Source: Klebsiella michiganensis
Lineage (GTDB): Bacteria; Pseudomonadota; Gammaproteobacteria; Enterobacterales; Enterobacteriaceae
Length of the DNA stretch: 64,000 nt
Reading direction: 5' to 3'
NCBI GenBank assembly: GCA_000963575.1
Contig: CP011077.1
Coordinates: forward strand, 112,288 to 176,287
Shown here: in pieces, positions 29,429 to 39,009 of the stretch
How positions within the stretch are numbered: position 1 is the stretch's first letter
Layout: the number at the start of each line of letters is the position of its first letter
Program-made: the position numbers and the translations under genes
The notes under the pieces: generated by a model
What the model was told of the DNA's origin: nothing
What the model saw: the letters and a program-made list of their open reading frames with translations, nothing else
The model's database searches: none

Positions 29429-31006
29429 TTAGCCGTCGTGGACGCTCTCCCAGCTAAGGTTAAAACGCGCCAGATATTTACGCAGGCGGTCAGCATCATT
29501 AGGGTTTGCCTTTTTCAACCGCGAGACGGCAAAGAGTTCGCGTCCGGCCTCGGAAAGCGACTGGGTGCGGCGGCAAACCTCCAGCACGGTTTCAAGTTGG
29601 CGCCTATCGAACAAGTCTATATCTGGATTGAGCGTTGTTTCGGGAGAGGCGATTTGCCAGCTCTCTTTAAGCTGCGAGATCTCTTCTTGCACAGTGTCCA
29701 GCGCGATCCGCCCTTGCTCGGACAGGGTCGCCATACGTGATACGGACGAGCTGAGCTCGCGGAAGTTACCGCGCCATTGTGCCTGTGCAGAACAGGCAAA
29801 ATTCAGATAATGGTCCCTGGCCTCTTTATCAAAACGTATCTGCGTTTGTGCTTCGGTAGAGAAGCGTTGCAGTTCGTACTCTACGTTGGGCGCAATGTCT
29901 TCCCGCCGCTGCGCCAGACCCGGCAGGGCAAAACTCCACATATTAATCCTGGCATAGAGATCTTCGCGAAAGCGGCCCGCCGCAACCCACTGGCGCATAT
30001 CCCGGTGGGTGCCTGCAATTAGCTGGAAATCGCTCTGTACCTCTTTATCGGAGCCAAACGGAAAAAACGTTTTTTCTTCGATAGCTTTAAGCAGCATGGC
30101 TTGTTCGTCCAGCCCCAGCTCGGCGATTTCGTCCAAAAACAGTACGCCCCCGTCGGCCTCACGTAATAGCCCTGTACGTGCCGTCAACGCGCCGGTGAAC
30201 GCCCCTTTGACGTGCCCGAATAGCGTGGACATCGCGTTATCACCCCGCAGCGTGGCGCAGTTTACCGCCACAAACTTGCCGCCAACCTGGTGGCGAGCTT
30301 GCTTGAGCTGGTAAATGCGTTTTGCCAGGAAAGATTTGCCCGCCCCGGTAGGGCCGGTAAGTAACATGGGGGCCGCGGATCGGAGCGCAACCCGCTCAAT
30401 GCGATCGATAAGCTGGTTAAAGGTGGCATTTCGCGTGTCGATGCCCGCTTTCAGGAAAGAAATGGACCGTTGCTGCTCGCGCTGAAAGCGACTGGTTAAG
30501 GTGGTATAGCGACTTAAATCGAGGTCGATAACCGAGTAAGTTCCTGCGGGAGAGCCTTCTTCTGGGGTGCCTTTCTGGGCCGGGCTGGTTTGCAGCAAGC
30601 TGGCGGGGAGGTAGCGCGCCTCCGTTAAAAGAAACCAGCAAATTTGTGCGACATGCGTTCCGGTGGTGATATGCACCAAATACTCTTCATTTTCGGTATC
30701 GAAATCGTACCGGGTAGCAAAATCAAGAAAGGCGGCGTACACCTCTTCAAAGTCCCACGGATCTTTGATTGTGACCTGATGCCTGCGTACCTCCGTATCG
30801 GGCGAAACACGCGCGATATCGTCTGATAACTGCTCCGTCATGCCGGAATCTCTCGGCTGATAAAGCAGCTCGAGCCGGTCAACGGGGAAGTCCGGCTGCT
30901 GGCAAAGGCCAACCGTTGGTCGCCATTTATGGAAACGATTTGCCCGCTTGCCGCGTTTATCCAGCACCGTGCCCAGCACGCCAATCACCACACGCCGTTT
31001 TTTCAT
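29429..31006 (-). CDS. rtcR: sigma-54-dependent transcriptional activator RtcR (N-terminal CARF domain, AAA+ domain with GAFTGA, C-terminal HTH)
   Basis: 525 aa; Walker A GPTGAGKS, GAFTGA loop (GHVKGAFTGA), overall match to RtcR including the N-terminal CARF-like region; divergent from an rtcB-containing operon. Confidence 0.93.
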   Translation of the reverse strand: MKKRRVVIGVLGTVLDKRGKRANRFHKWRPTVGLCQQPDFPVDRLELLYQPRDSGMTEQLSDDIARVSPDTEVRRHQVTIKDPWDFEEVYAAFLDFATRYDFDTENEEYLVHITTGTHVAQICWFLLTEARYLPASLLQTSPAQKGTPEEGSPAGTYSVIDLDLSRYTTLTSRFQREQQRSISFLKAGIDTRNATFNQLIDRIERVALRSAAPMLLTGPTGAGKSFLAKRIYQLKQARHQVGGKFVAVNCATLRGDNAMSTLFGHVKGAFTGALTARTGLLREADGGVLFLDEIAELGLDEQAMLLKAIEEKTFFPFGSDKEVQSDFQLIAGTHRDMRQWVAAGRFREDLYARINMWSFALPGLAQRREDIAPNVEYELQRFSTEAQTQIRFDKEARDHYLNFACSAQAQWRGNFRELSSSVSRMATLSEQGRIALDTVQEEISQLKESWQIASPETTLNPDIDLFDRRQLETVLEVCRRTQSLSEAGRELFAVSRLKKANPNDADRLRKYLARFNLSWESVHDG

Positions 31007-31141
31007 TTTTATCCTAAAAGATAAATATCGATATTAAAGGATAAAAAATAGCGCTATATCCGACAAGGCTTGAACCAGGGTTTATTTTTAAAATATTTAT
31101 TAATCATCATATTATGGGATTTATTTATCTTTTTTATTTTC

Positions 31142-31157
31142 TGGCACGCTTCTGGCA
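31142..31157 (+). promoter_or_regulatory. sigma-54 (-24/-12) promoter TGGCACGcttcTGGCA driving the divergent operon
   Basis: GG at 31143-44 and GC at 31155-56 with the canonical 12-nt spacing; matches TGGCACG-N4-TTGCW in 14 of 15 specified positions; AT-rich region upstream. Confidence 0.75.
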
Positions 31158-31167
31158 ATAACGTAAA

Positions 31168-31436
31168 TGTGTTTAGCACAAAGGGGGTTAAACCCCACCG
31201 GCACGCCAGGAACGGTACAGACTGTTTTTCGGGCGTGTTCCGTAGGTGAGAACGCACAGACAAGGGTTCGATTCCCAATTCATAACTGGTTGTTAACGAA
31301 GAAAGTCACACAGGAGCCTTGAGCTGTCAGCAAGCTCCGAAGAGGGTCGCCGGTAATGGCGCCGGGCCGCAGGCAAAAAGGAATTCCCCTGCAGTCTCGC
31401 TCCCTTACCCGCGCCTGATTTTTAAGGAACAGGAAA
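31168..31436 (+). ncRNA. long structured 5' leader or candidate non-coding RNA (tRNA T-arm-like GGGTTCGATTCCC plus several hairpins) between the sigma-54 promoter and the first ORF
   Basis: approximately 270 nt without a convincing ORF; hairpins at 31184-31196, 31209-31241, 31321-31337; GGG-TTCGATT-CCC at 31264-31276 is identical to a tRNA T-loop consensus. Confidence 0.35.
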
Positions 31437-32564
31437 ATGATGAAGAAAATAACAATACGCAAAGGTCAACTGGGGCTGCTGGCGAAGCAGGGCGATTACT
31501 ATCAGGTTCTGGAAGCGGGTGAACACCGGCTGCCTTGGTTTAGCCAGCCGGAAGTGCTGGTGGTGAATCTGGATGGCAGCGAAGTTCCTGAAATGCTCGC
31601 GCTGTATTTACGTCGTTTCCAGCCCGACTGGGTTGAACGCTACTGCCTGACCGTGGATCTGGCGGATGGCGAAATCGGCGCTTTGTCGGTAAACGGCATT
31701 TTGCAGGAAATTTTACCCCCTTTAACGCAGCGTTTGTTCTGGCAGGCCGGGGAGACGTTGACGCTGGCACGCATCGATACCCAAACCGTACAGGTGCCCG
31801 CCGAAATAATGAATGCAGTTCTGCAGCCACGTCGAAGCGGCGCGGTGAAAGGGCGAGATGCCATCCTGGTCGTTTCTGTGCCAGCCTGGCACGTTGGCGT
31901 CATAAAAATTGATGGTGAAACTCAGGCGCTGTTACCGCCGGGCATGACCGCATGGTGGAAAATAAATCATTTGGTTGAAGCCGAAGTGGTGGATACCCGC
32001 CTGCAGGCTCTGGAGGTCGGTGGGCAGGAGATCCTGACCAAAGATAAGGTAAACCTGCGTTTAAACATGGCCGCAAACTGGCGCTACAACGATGTGTTAC
32101 AGGCTTTTGGCCAATTAACTAAACCAGTAGAGCATTTGTATCGTGAGCTGCAATTTGCGCTGCGAGAAGCGGTAGGGACGCGAACGCTGGACGAGTTGCT
32201 GGAGGATAAGCAAGTTATTGATGAGGTCGTCAGCGCACAGGTAAAAAACCGCACAGCCCCGTTCGGTATCGAAATAGCCTCGCTGGGCGTAAAAGACATT
32301 GTGTTGCCGGGCGACATGAAAACCATTCTGTCCCGGCTTGTAGAGGCTGAGAAATCGGCGCAGGCCAATGTAATTCGTCGGCGTGAAGAGACGGCGGCCA
32401 CGCGTTCGCTGCTGAATACCGCAAAGGTGATGGAAAACAACCCGGTAGCGTTGCGCTTAAAGGAACTGGAAACGCTCGAAAGAGTCGCGGAACGTATTGA
32501 TAAAATTTCCGTATTTGGCGGCCTGGATCAGGTTCTACACGGACTGGTTAATCTCAAAGGATAA
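31437..32564 (+). CDS. cytoplasmic SPFH/band-7 (slipin-like) domain protein
   Basis: 375 aa; C-terminal half has the SPFH pattern (…TKDKVNLRLNMAANWRYNDV…GIEIASLGVKDIVLPGDMK… coiled-coil tail); no N-terminal TM helix; the N-terminal approximately 150 aa looks like a second, partial SPFH-like beta region. Confidence 0.8.
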   Translation: MMKKITIRKGQLGLLAKQGDYYQVLEAGEHRLPWFSQPEVLVVNLDGSEVPEMLALYLRRFQPDWVERYCLTVDLADGEIGALSVNGILQEILPPLTQRLFWQAGETLTLARIDTQTVQVPAEIMNAVLQPRRSGAVKGRDAILVVSVPAWHVGVIKIDGETQALLPPGMTAWWKINHLVEAEVVDTRLQALEVGGQEILTKDKVNLRLNMAANWRYNDVLQAFGQLTKPVEHLYRELQFALREAVGTRTLDELLEDKQVIDEVVSAQVKNRTAPFGIEIASLGVKDIVLPGDMKTILSRLVEAEKSAQANVIRRREETAATRSLLNTAKVMENNPVALRLKELETLERVAERIDKISVFGGLDQVLHGLVNLKG

Positions 32565-32568
32565 GAAA

Positions 32569-33795
32569 ATGCAGAATAACGAATTTCAACTGTTGGCGGC
32601 GGAAAACAGCGCGCCGATAAAAATGTGGACCCACGGCGTACCGGTTGAGCCGGAGGCGCGCGAGCAATTGCTGAACACGGCGAAGATGCCGTTTATTTTT
32701 AAACATCTGGCGGTGATGCCGGATGTGCATCTCGGAAAAGGATCAACTATCGGCAGCGTTATTCCCACCAAAGGCGCCATTATACCGGCGGCGGTTGGGG
32801 TCGATATTGGTTGTGGAATGATTGCCGTGCGCACCTCGCTGGCGGCGGGCGATCTGCCGGATAACCTCAGCGGATTGCGCAGTGCGATTGAACAGGCGGT
32901 GCCTCATGGCCGAACCAACACGCGCTCTCGCCGTGATAAAGGCGCGTGGAGCACACCGCCTGAAGAGGTTGACGGGCATTGGTCGCAGCTGGCACCACGA
33001 TTTAAGCGCCTGACGGACAAATACCCGAAGCTGCTGAAAACCAACAATTATCAACATATGGGGACGTTGGGCACCGGTAACCACTTTATTGAAGTTTGTC
33101 TGGATGAGCAGCAGAGAGTATGGGTGATGCTGCACAGCGGATCGCGCGGTGTGGGAAATGCCATCGGGAATCTTTTTATCGCCCTGGCGCAGAAGGATAT
33201 GCAGCAGCACATGGCCAATCTGCCGGACAAAAACCTGGCTTACTTTCAGGCAGGCAGCCAGCACTACGATGATTACATCGAAGCGGTGGAGTGGGCGCAG
33301 GACTTTGCCCGCCATAATCGGGAGGTCATGATGTCTCGCGTGCTGGCCGCGCTGTCGCGTATTGTTAGCAAACCGTTTATGACGCAGCAGGAAGCGGTGA
33401 ATTGCCATCATAACTACGTGCAACAGGAAACGCATTTTGGTGAGGAAGTGCTGGTCACCCGTAAGGGGGCTGTTTCGGCACAGAAAGGCCAGATGGGCAT
33501 CATTCCAGGTTCTATGGGGGCCAAAAGCTTTATCGTGCGTGGACTGGGAAACGAACAAAGTTTTTGCTCTTGTAGCCACGGCGCCGGGCGCTCCATGAGC
33601 CGAACGGCGGCTAAAAATCGCTTTACCGTTGAGGATCAGATACGCGCCACCGCCCATGTTGAGTGCCGTAAAGACAGTGAAGTGATTGATGAAATTCCGA
33701 TGGCTTATAAAGACATTGATGCCGTCATGGCGGCGCAGTCTTCGCTGGTGGAAATTGTGCATACGCTCCGGCAGGTCGTCTGTGTAAAAGGATAA
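32569..33795 (+). CDS. rtcB: RNA-splicing ligase RtcB (3'-phosphate/5'-OH RNA ligase)
   Basis: 408 aa from MQNNEFQLLAAENSAPIKMWTHGVPVE…; near-identical to E. coli RtcB, including the metal-binding His/Cys residues (…HNYV…, …CSCSHGAGR…); the ORF track's upstream extension to 32497 is not supported by homology. Confidence 0.96.
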   Translation: MQNNEFQLLAAENSAPIKMWTHGVPVEPEAREQLLNTAKMPFIFKHLAVMPDVHLGKGSTIGSVIPTKGAIIPAAVGVDIGCGMIAVRTSLAAGDLPDNLSGLRSAIEQAVPHGRTNTRSRRDKGAWSTPPEEVDGHWSQLAPRFKRLTDKYPKLLKTNNYQHMGTLGTGNHFIEVCLDEQQRVWVMLHSGSRGVGNAIGNLFIALAQKDMQQHMANLPDKNLAYFQAGSQHYDDYIEAVEWAQDFARHNREVMMSRVLAALSRIVSKPFMTQQEAVNCHHNYVQQETHFGEEVLVTRKGAVSAQKGQMGIIPGSMGAKSFIVRGLGNEQSFCSCSHGAGRSMSRTAAKNRFTVEDQIRATAHVECRKDSEVIDEIPMAYKDIDAVMAAQSSLVEIVHTLRQVVCVKG

Positions 33796-33798
33796 AAA

Positions 33799-34587
33799 AT
33801 GACTTACAACGGAGTAGATGCCGCAATGCGCGAGCGGGTACGGCATCAATTAGCAGAAGTAGAACGGCGCTTTGGCGTACGGGTGCTTTATGCCTGCGAG
33901 TCCGGCAGCCGGGCCTGGGGTTTTGCTTCCCCGGACAGCGATTATGACGTGCGGTTTTTATACGTTCATCTCCCGGAATGGTATCTGCGGGTTGATGCCG
34001 GCAGGGATGTGATTGAATTGCCTATTGATGATGAGCTGGATGTCTGCGGCTGGGAATGGCGTAAAGCGCTCGGTCTGTTGAAGGGCGCGAACCCGACGCT
34101 TATCGAGTGGCTGGATTCGCCGGTTGTTTATCAGCAGGATGAGGCTGTAATCGCCGAGCTGAAAGCGCAGGTTCCCCGCTGGTTTTCGCCGCTGCGGGCT
34201 CGCTGGCACTATTACTCCATGGCGCGTAAAAACTTTCGCGGCTACCTGCAGGGCGATGAAGTGCGTCTGAAAAAGTACTTCTACGTGCTGCGCCCGCTGC
34301 TGGCTGTGCGTTGGGTAGAAGAAGGAAAGGGCGTCCCGCCGATGCGTTTTGCTGAATTGCTGGCGGGAAGTAACCTGGATGCGTCTCTGCGTAAGGAAGT
34401 GGACGAGCTGCTGGAGATCAAACGGGGCGTCGGGGAAGCGAAATACGGCCCGCGCCGGCCGCTGTTGCATGAGTTTATCGTCTCTGAGCTGGCGCGAGGC
34501 GAAATCCCGCCCGCGCTGCCGGACAGCCGCGAGGGCGATAGCCGCGAACTCGACCGGCTGTTGATGAAAACCGTATTGAACACATAA
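33799..34587 (+). CDS. Pol-beta-superfamily nucleotidyltransferase (minimal NTase fold plus helical C-terminal domain), co-operonic with rtcB in place of rtcA
   Basis: 262 aa; classic NTase motif hG[SG]…DhD in YACESGSRAWGFASPDSDYDVRF; starts 4 nt after the rtcB stop. Confidence 0.8.
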   Translation: MTYNGVDAAMRERVRHQLAEVERRFGVRVLYACESGSRAWGFASPDSDYDVRFLYVHLPEWYLRVDAGRDVIELPIDDELDVCGWEWRKALGLLKGANPTLIEWLDSPVVYQQDEAVIAELKAQVPRWFSPLRARWHYYSMARKNFRGYLQGDEVRLKKYFYVLRPLLAVRWVEEGKGVPPMRFAELLAGSNLDASLRKEVDELLEIKRGVGEAKYGPRRPLLHEFIVSELARGEIPPALPDSREGDSRELDRLLMKTVLNT

Positions 34588-34626
34588 AAAAGGCCCGGTA
34601 TACGCGATGTTGCCGGGCCTTTTTCT
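34586..34626. terminator. bidirectional intrinsic terminator between the NTase gene and lysC
   Basis: aaaaaggcccggtatacgcgatgttgccgggccttttt. Confidence 0.8.
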
Positions 34627-34640
34627 TCTCGGTTATTTAG

Positions 34641-35990
34641 TTATTCAAACAGGTTGCGGTGCAGCTTCTGCACGACCTGCTCGGCATCATCACCGGGCAC
34701 CAGGAAGCACAGGTTGTAGCTGGATGCGCCGTAGCAAATCATGCGGATGTTGAACGGATCGAGCACGCCGAACACTTCTTTGCCTACGCCGCAGGCCTGG
34801 GACAGCTTATTACCGATGATAGCAACCAGCGCCAGGTTCTCTTCGACTTCTACGCGGCACAGCGATGAAAGCTCGGTCAGCAGCGCGGTGGTCAGCAGGC
34901 TGTCGCCGGTGGAGGTAGAGCCGGTGGTGTCCATGGTCAATGCCACGCTCACTTCGGAGGTGGTTATCAGATCCACGGAAATATTGTGGCGAGCCAGAAT
35001 GCTAAACACTTCCGCCAGGAAACCGCGGGAATGGAGCATATGCAGGCTGTGTAGCGTCAGCAGCGTTTGCTTGCGACGCACCGCAAGGGCGCGGAAAAGC
35101 GGCGGATTTTCCGTTTTTTTGCACACCAAAGTCCCGCCAGCGGCCGGATCTTTACTGGAGCCAACAAATACCGGAATGTCGCAGCGTACGGCGGGCAGCA
35201 GCGTGGCCGGGTGCAGCACTTTCGCCCCAAAGGTGGCCATTTCAGCGGCTTCTTCAAAGGCGATGCGGTCAATGCGTTTTGCCGCAGGTACCATGCGCGG
35301 GTCGGTGGTATAGATGCCTGGCACGTCGGTCCAGATATCCACGCGCGCGGCATTCAATGCTTCGCCGAGCAGCGCCGCGGTATAGTCGCTGCCGCCGCGG
35401 CCAAGGGTGGTCGTTCTGCCTTTCTCTTCGCTCCCGATAAAGCCTTGGGTGATCACCAGGGATTCCGCGAGGCGTGGCAGCATCTGCAGGCTTGCCAGTT
35501 CAGCTAGCGCGGCGATATCCGGCTCGGCACGGCCAAAGCGATCGTTGGTGCGCATGACTTTACGAATATCGAACCACTGTGCTTCAACCTGGCGCTCGCG
35601 CAGGATTTCCACAAACAGCAGGGTGGACATCAGTTCACCGTGGCTAACCAGTTCATCGGTCAGCGCGGTGGAGGTCGCAAGAGAGGCCGCTTCCGCAAGG
35701 GTCGTGATGTTTTCAAGCAGGCGGTCGATCTCTTCGCGAATAACGTCTGGATTCGCCAGGCGTTCGACGATGTTGTACTGGATTTTGCGGATGGCATCGA
35801 GCTTAACGAAGCGTTCGGTCGCTTCGAGGCCTTCAGCCAGAGCAACCAGCAGGTTAGTCACGCCAGCGGAGGCGGAAAGCACAACCACGCGGACGTGGCT
35901 ATCGGCCAGCACCACATCGGCGCTGCGGTTCATCGCGTCGAAATCGGCGACGCTGGTCCCGCCAAATTTGGCGACTACGGTTTGAGACAT
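34641..35990 (-). CDS. lysC: lysine-sensitive aspartokinase III
   Basis: 449 aa, MSQTVVAKFGGTSVADFDAMNRSADVVL… matches LysC. Confidence 0.97.
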   Translation of the reverse strand: MSQTVVAKFGGTSVADFDAMNRSADVVLADSHVRVVVLSASAGVTNLLVALAEGLEATERFVKLDAIRKIQYNIVERLANPDVIREEIDRLLENITTLAEAASLATSTALTDELVSHGELMSTLLFVEILRERQVEAQWFDIRKVMRTNDRFGRAEPDIAALAELASLQMLPRLAESLVITQGFIGSEEKGRTTTLGRGGSDYTAALLGEALNAARVDIWTDVPGIYTTDPRMVPAAKRIDRIAFEEAAEMATFGAKVLHPATLLPAVRCDIPVFVGSSKDPAAGGTLVCKKTENPPLFRALAVRRKQTLLTLHSLHMLHSRGFLAEVFSILARHNISVDLITTSEVSVALTMDTTGSTSTGDSLLTTALLTELSSLCRVEVEENLALVAIIGNKLSQACGVGKEVFGVLDPFNIRMICYGASSYNLCFLVPGDDAEQVVQKLHRNLFE

Positions 35991-36004
35991 AACTACCTCG
36001 TGTC

Positions 36005-36312
36005 AGGGGCCATTCAACTGGCAAAAAAGTATTCAGCCTTGGCACAAGGGAAGAGCGGTAAACGGGTGGGCGCAGAGCAGGAGAACTACGATATCACCCA
36101 GAAGTGCTCCACCTTGTCTATCCAGCCTTTTGAGCCGGATATGAAACGCTCGACTGCGAACGTTTCTGGTGACAACCCAGAGGATTCAGCCCCTGCAGCC
36201 GACAATAAGCGTGACCAGCCGCTTTATCATCTCGGCGTTGCTCCCCCTCACGTATCGTCCTTGTTACTGGTTCCTCGGATACGATTTTCTGGGCAACGCG
36301 CCTCTTCTGGCC
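36005..36312 (-). promoter_or_regulatory. lysine riboswitch (L box) in the lysC leader
   Basis: minus-strand GGCCAGAAGAGGCGCGTTGCCCAG…GGGCTGAATCCTCTGGGTTGTCACCAGAAACGTTCGCAGTCGAGCGTTT…GGTGGAGCACTTCTGGGTGA… closely matches the E. coli lysC leader. Confidence 0.88.
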
Positions 36313-36540
36313 TGCGCACGCGCAGGTAGCGCCTAATAAATAAAGCTTCAGCGAAGGCATGTCAACTGCGGGGTTATGCGGATTTTTCATGTTAAATCCG
36401 GAATCAGGAATTTAACTAATATACTCGTCATACTTCAAGCCGCAGGTGCGTTGCCTGCACCCGCTCACCTCAGTCACATAGTTAGCTATGCTCCTGAGGA
36501 TTCCCGGTCTTGCCGCCTTCCTGCAACTCGAATTATTTAG

Positions 36541-38328
<1,788 letters not shown>

Positions 38329-38346
38329 TTAAACCGCATGATGAAA

Positions 38347-38378
38347 ATATGCCAGCCTTGTGCTGGCATATTTTTTAT
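38347..38378 (+). terminator. pgi intrinsic terminator
   Basis: atatgccagccttgtgctggcatatttttt. Confidence 0.8.
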
Positions 38379-38399
38379 AAGAGTTATCCCCTTGCCGTC

Positions 38400-38690
38400 A
38401 TAATTCTCAATATTGTCACCCTGAGGTTAATCCGAAAAACGGTTTCACCACCTCTGTCTCAGGTCTTTAATTTAAGATTAAATTGAATTTGTTTTTTTCT
38501 GTTATTTTTATAATTAATTGTTTTTAGTGAATTTATTTTTTACTTAATACAATTTGCATCTTAATTTTTACTCTTATTCTTAAAATCCCTTCCTTATTTA
38601 TCACAGGCTAATTCATCACATTGTGTTGTGTATACTCGATCGCGCCTGAAACCTTTTCAGGTAAATCTCCATTCATTCAATGAAGGGAAA
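38400..38690 (+). promoter_or_regulatory. extended AT-rich promoter region of the yjbEFGH operon
   Basis: approximately 290 bp of strongly A/T-biased sequence with A-tracts; in E. coli the yjbEFGH promoter is Rcs-regulated. Confidence 0.4.
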
Positions 38691-38695
38691 TTGTA

Positions 38696-38947
38696 ATGAG
38701 AAAGACCCTTTATGGCGCTTTAGCCATATTTACGCTGGCAGCCGCCGGCGCGGCGAATGCTGACCCTGTAGCAGTGGGCGACGCGGCCGGCGCGCAGGCA
38801 ACGTCTGTGTCTGCAGGCAGTTCTGCTGCAACCAGCGCCAGCACTGTTGGTTCTGCGGTCGGTGTGGCATTAGCCGCAACCGGTGGCGGCGACGGTTCTA
38901 ACACCGGGACCACCACAACCACTACAACCAGCACCACCACCCGTTAA
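38696..38947 (+). CDS. yjbE: small secreted Thr/Ala/Ser-rich protein YjbE
   Basis: 83 aa, signal peptide then low-complexity A/S/T/G tract ending [12 protein letters not shown]; first gene of yjbEFGH. Confidence 0.85.
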   Translation: MRKTLYGALAIFTLAAAGAANADPVAVGDAAGAQATSVSAGSSAATSASTVGSAVGVALAATGGGDGSNTGTTTTTTTSTTTR

Positions 38948-38965
38948 CGTTTGGGTGTTTTTAAC

Positions 38966-38990
38966 CATAACCACACTTCGGTGTGGTTAT
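38966..38990 (+). promoter_or_regulatory. intercistronic stem-loop (aaccacac-TTCG-gtgtggtt) between yjbE and yjbF; possible partial terminator or attenuator
   Basis: perfect 8-bp stem, UUCG tetraloop, followed by tttt aaa. Confidence 0.5.
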
Positions 38991-39009
38991 TTTAAACCGG
39001 GGAACCACC

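Noticed and set aside
32743-33849. 368-aa minus-strand ORF overlapping rtcB
   Set aside because: RtcB on the plus strand is near-identical to E. coli RtcB; the antisense frame has no homology or start context.
35407-36329. Plus-strand ORFs of 192 aa and 229 aa overlapping lysC and its leader
   Set aside because: Antisense to lysC and to the lysine riboswitch; Ser/Arg/Ala-rich artefacts.
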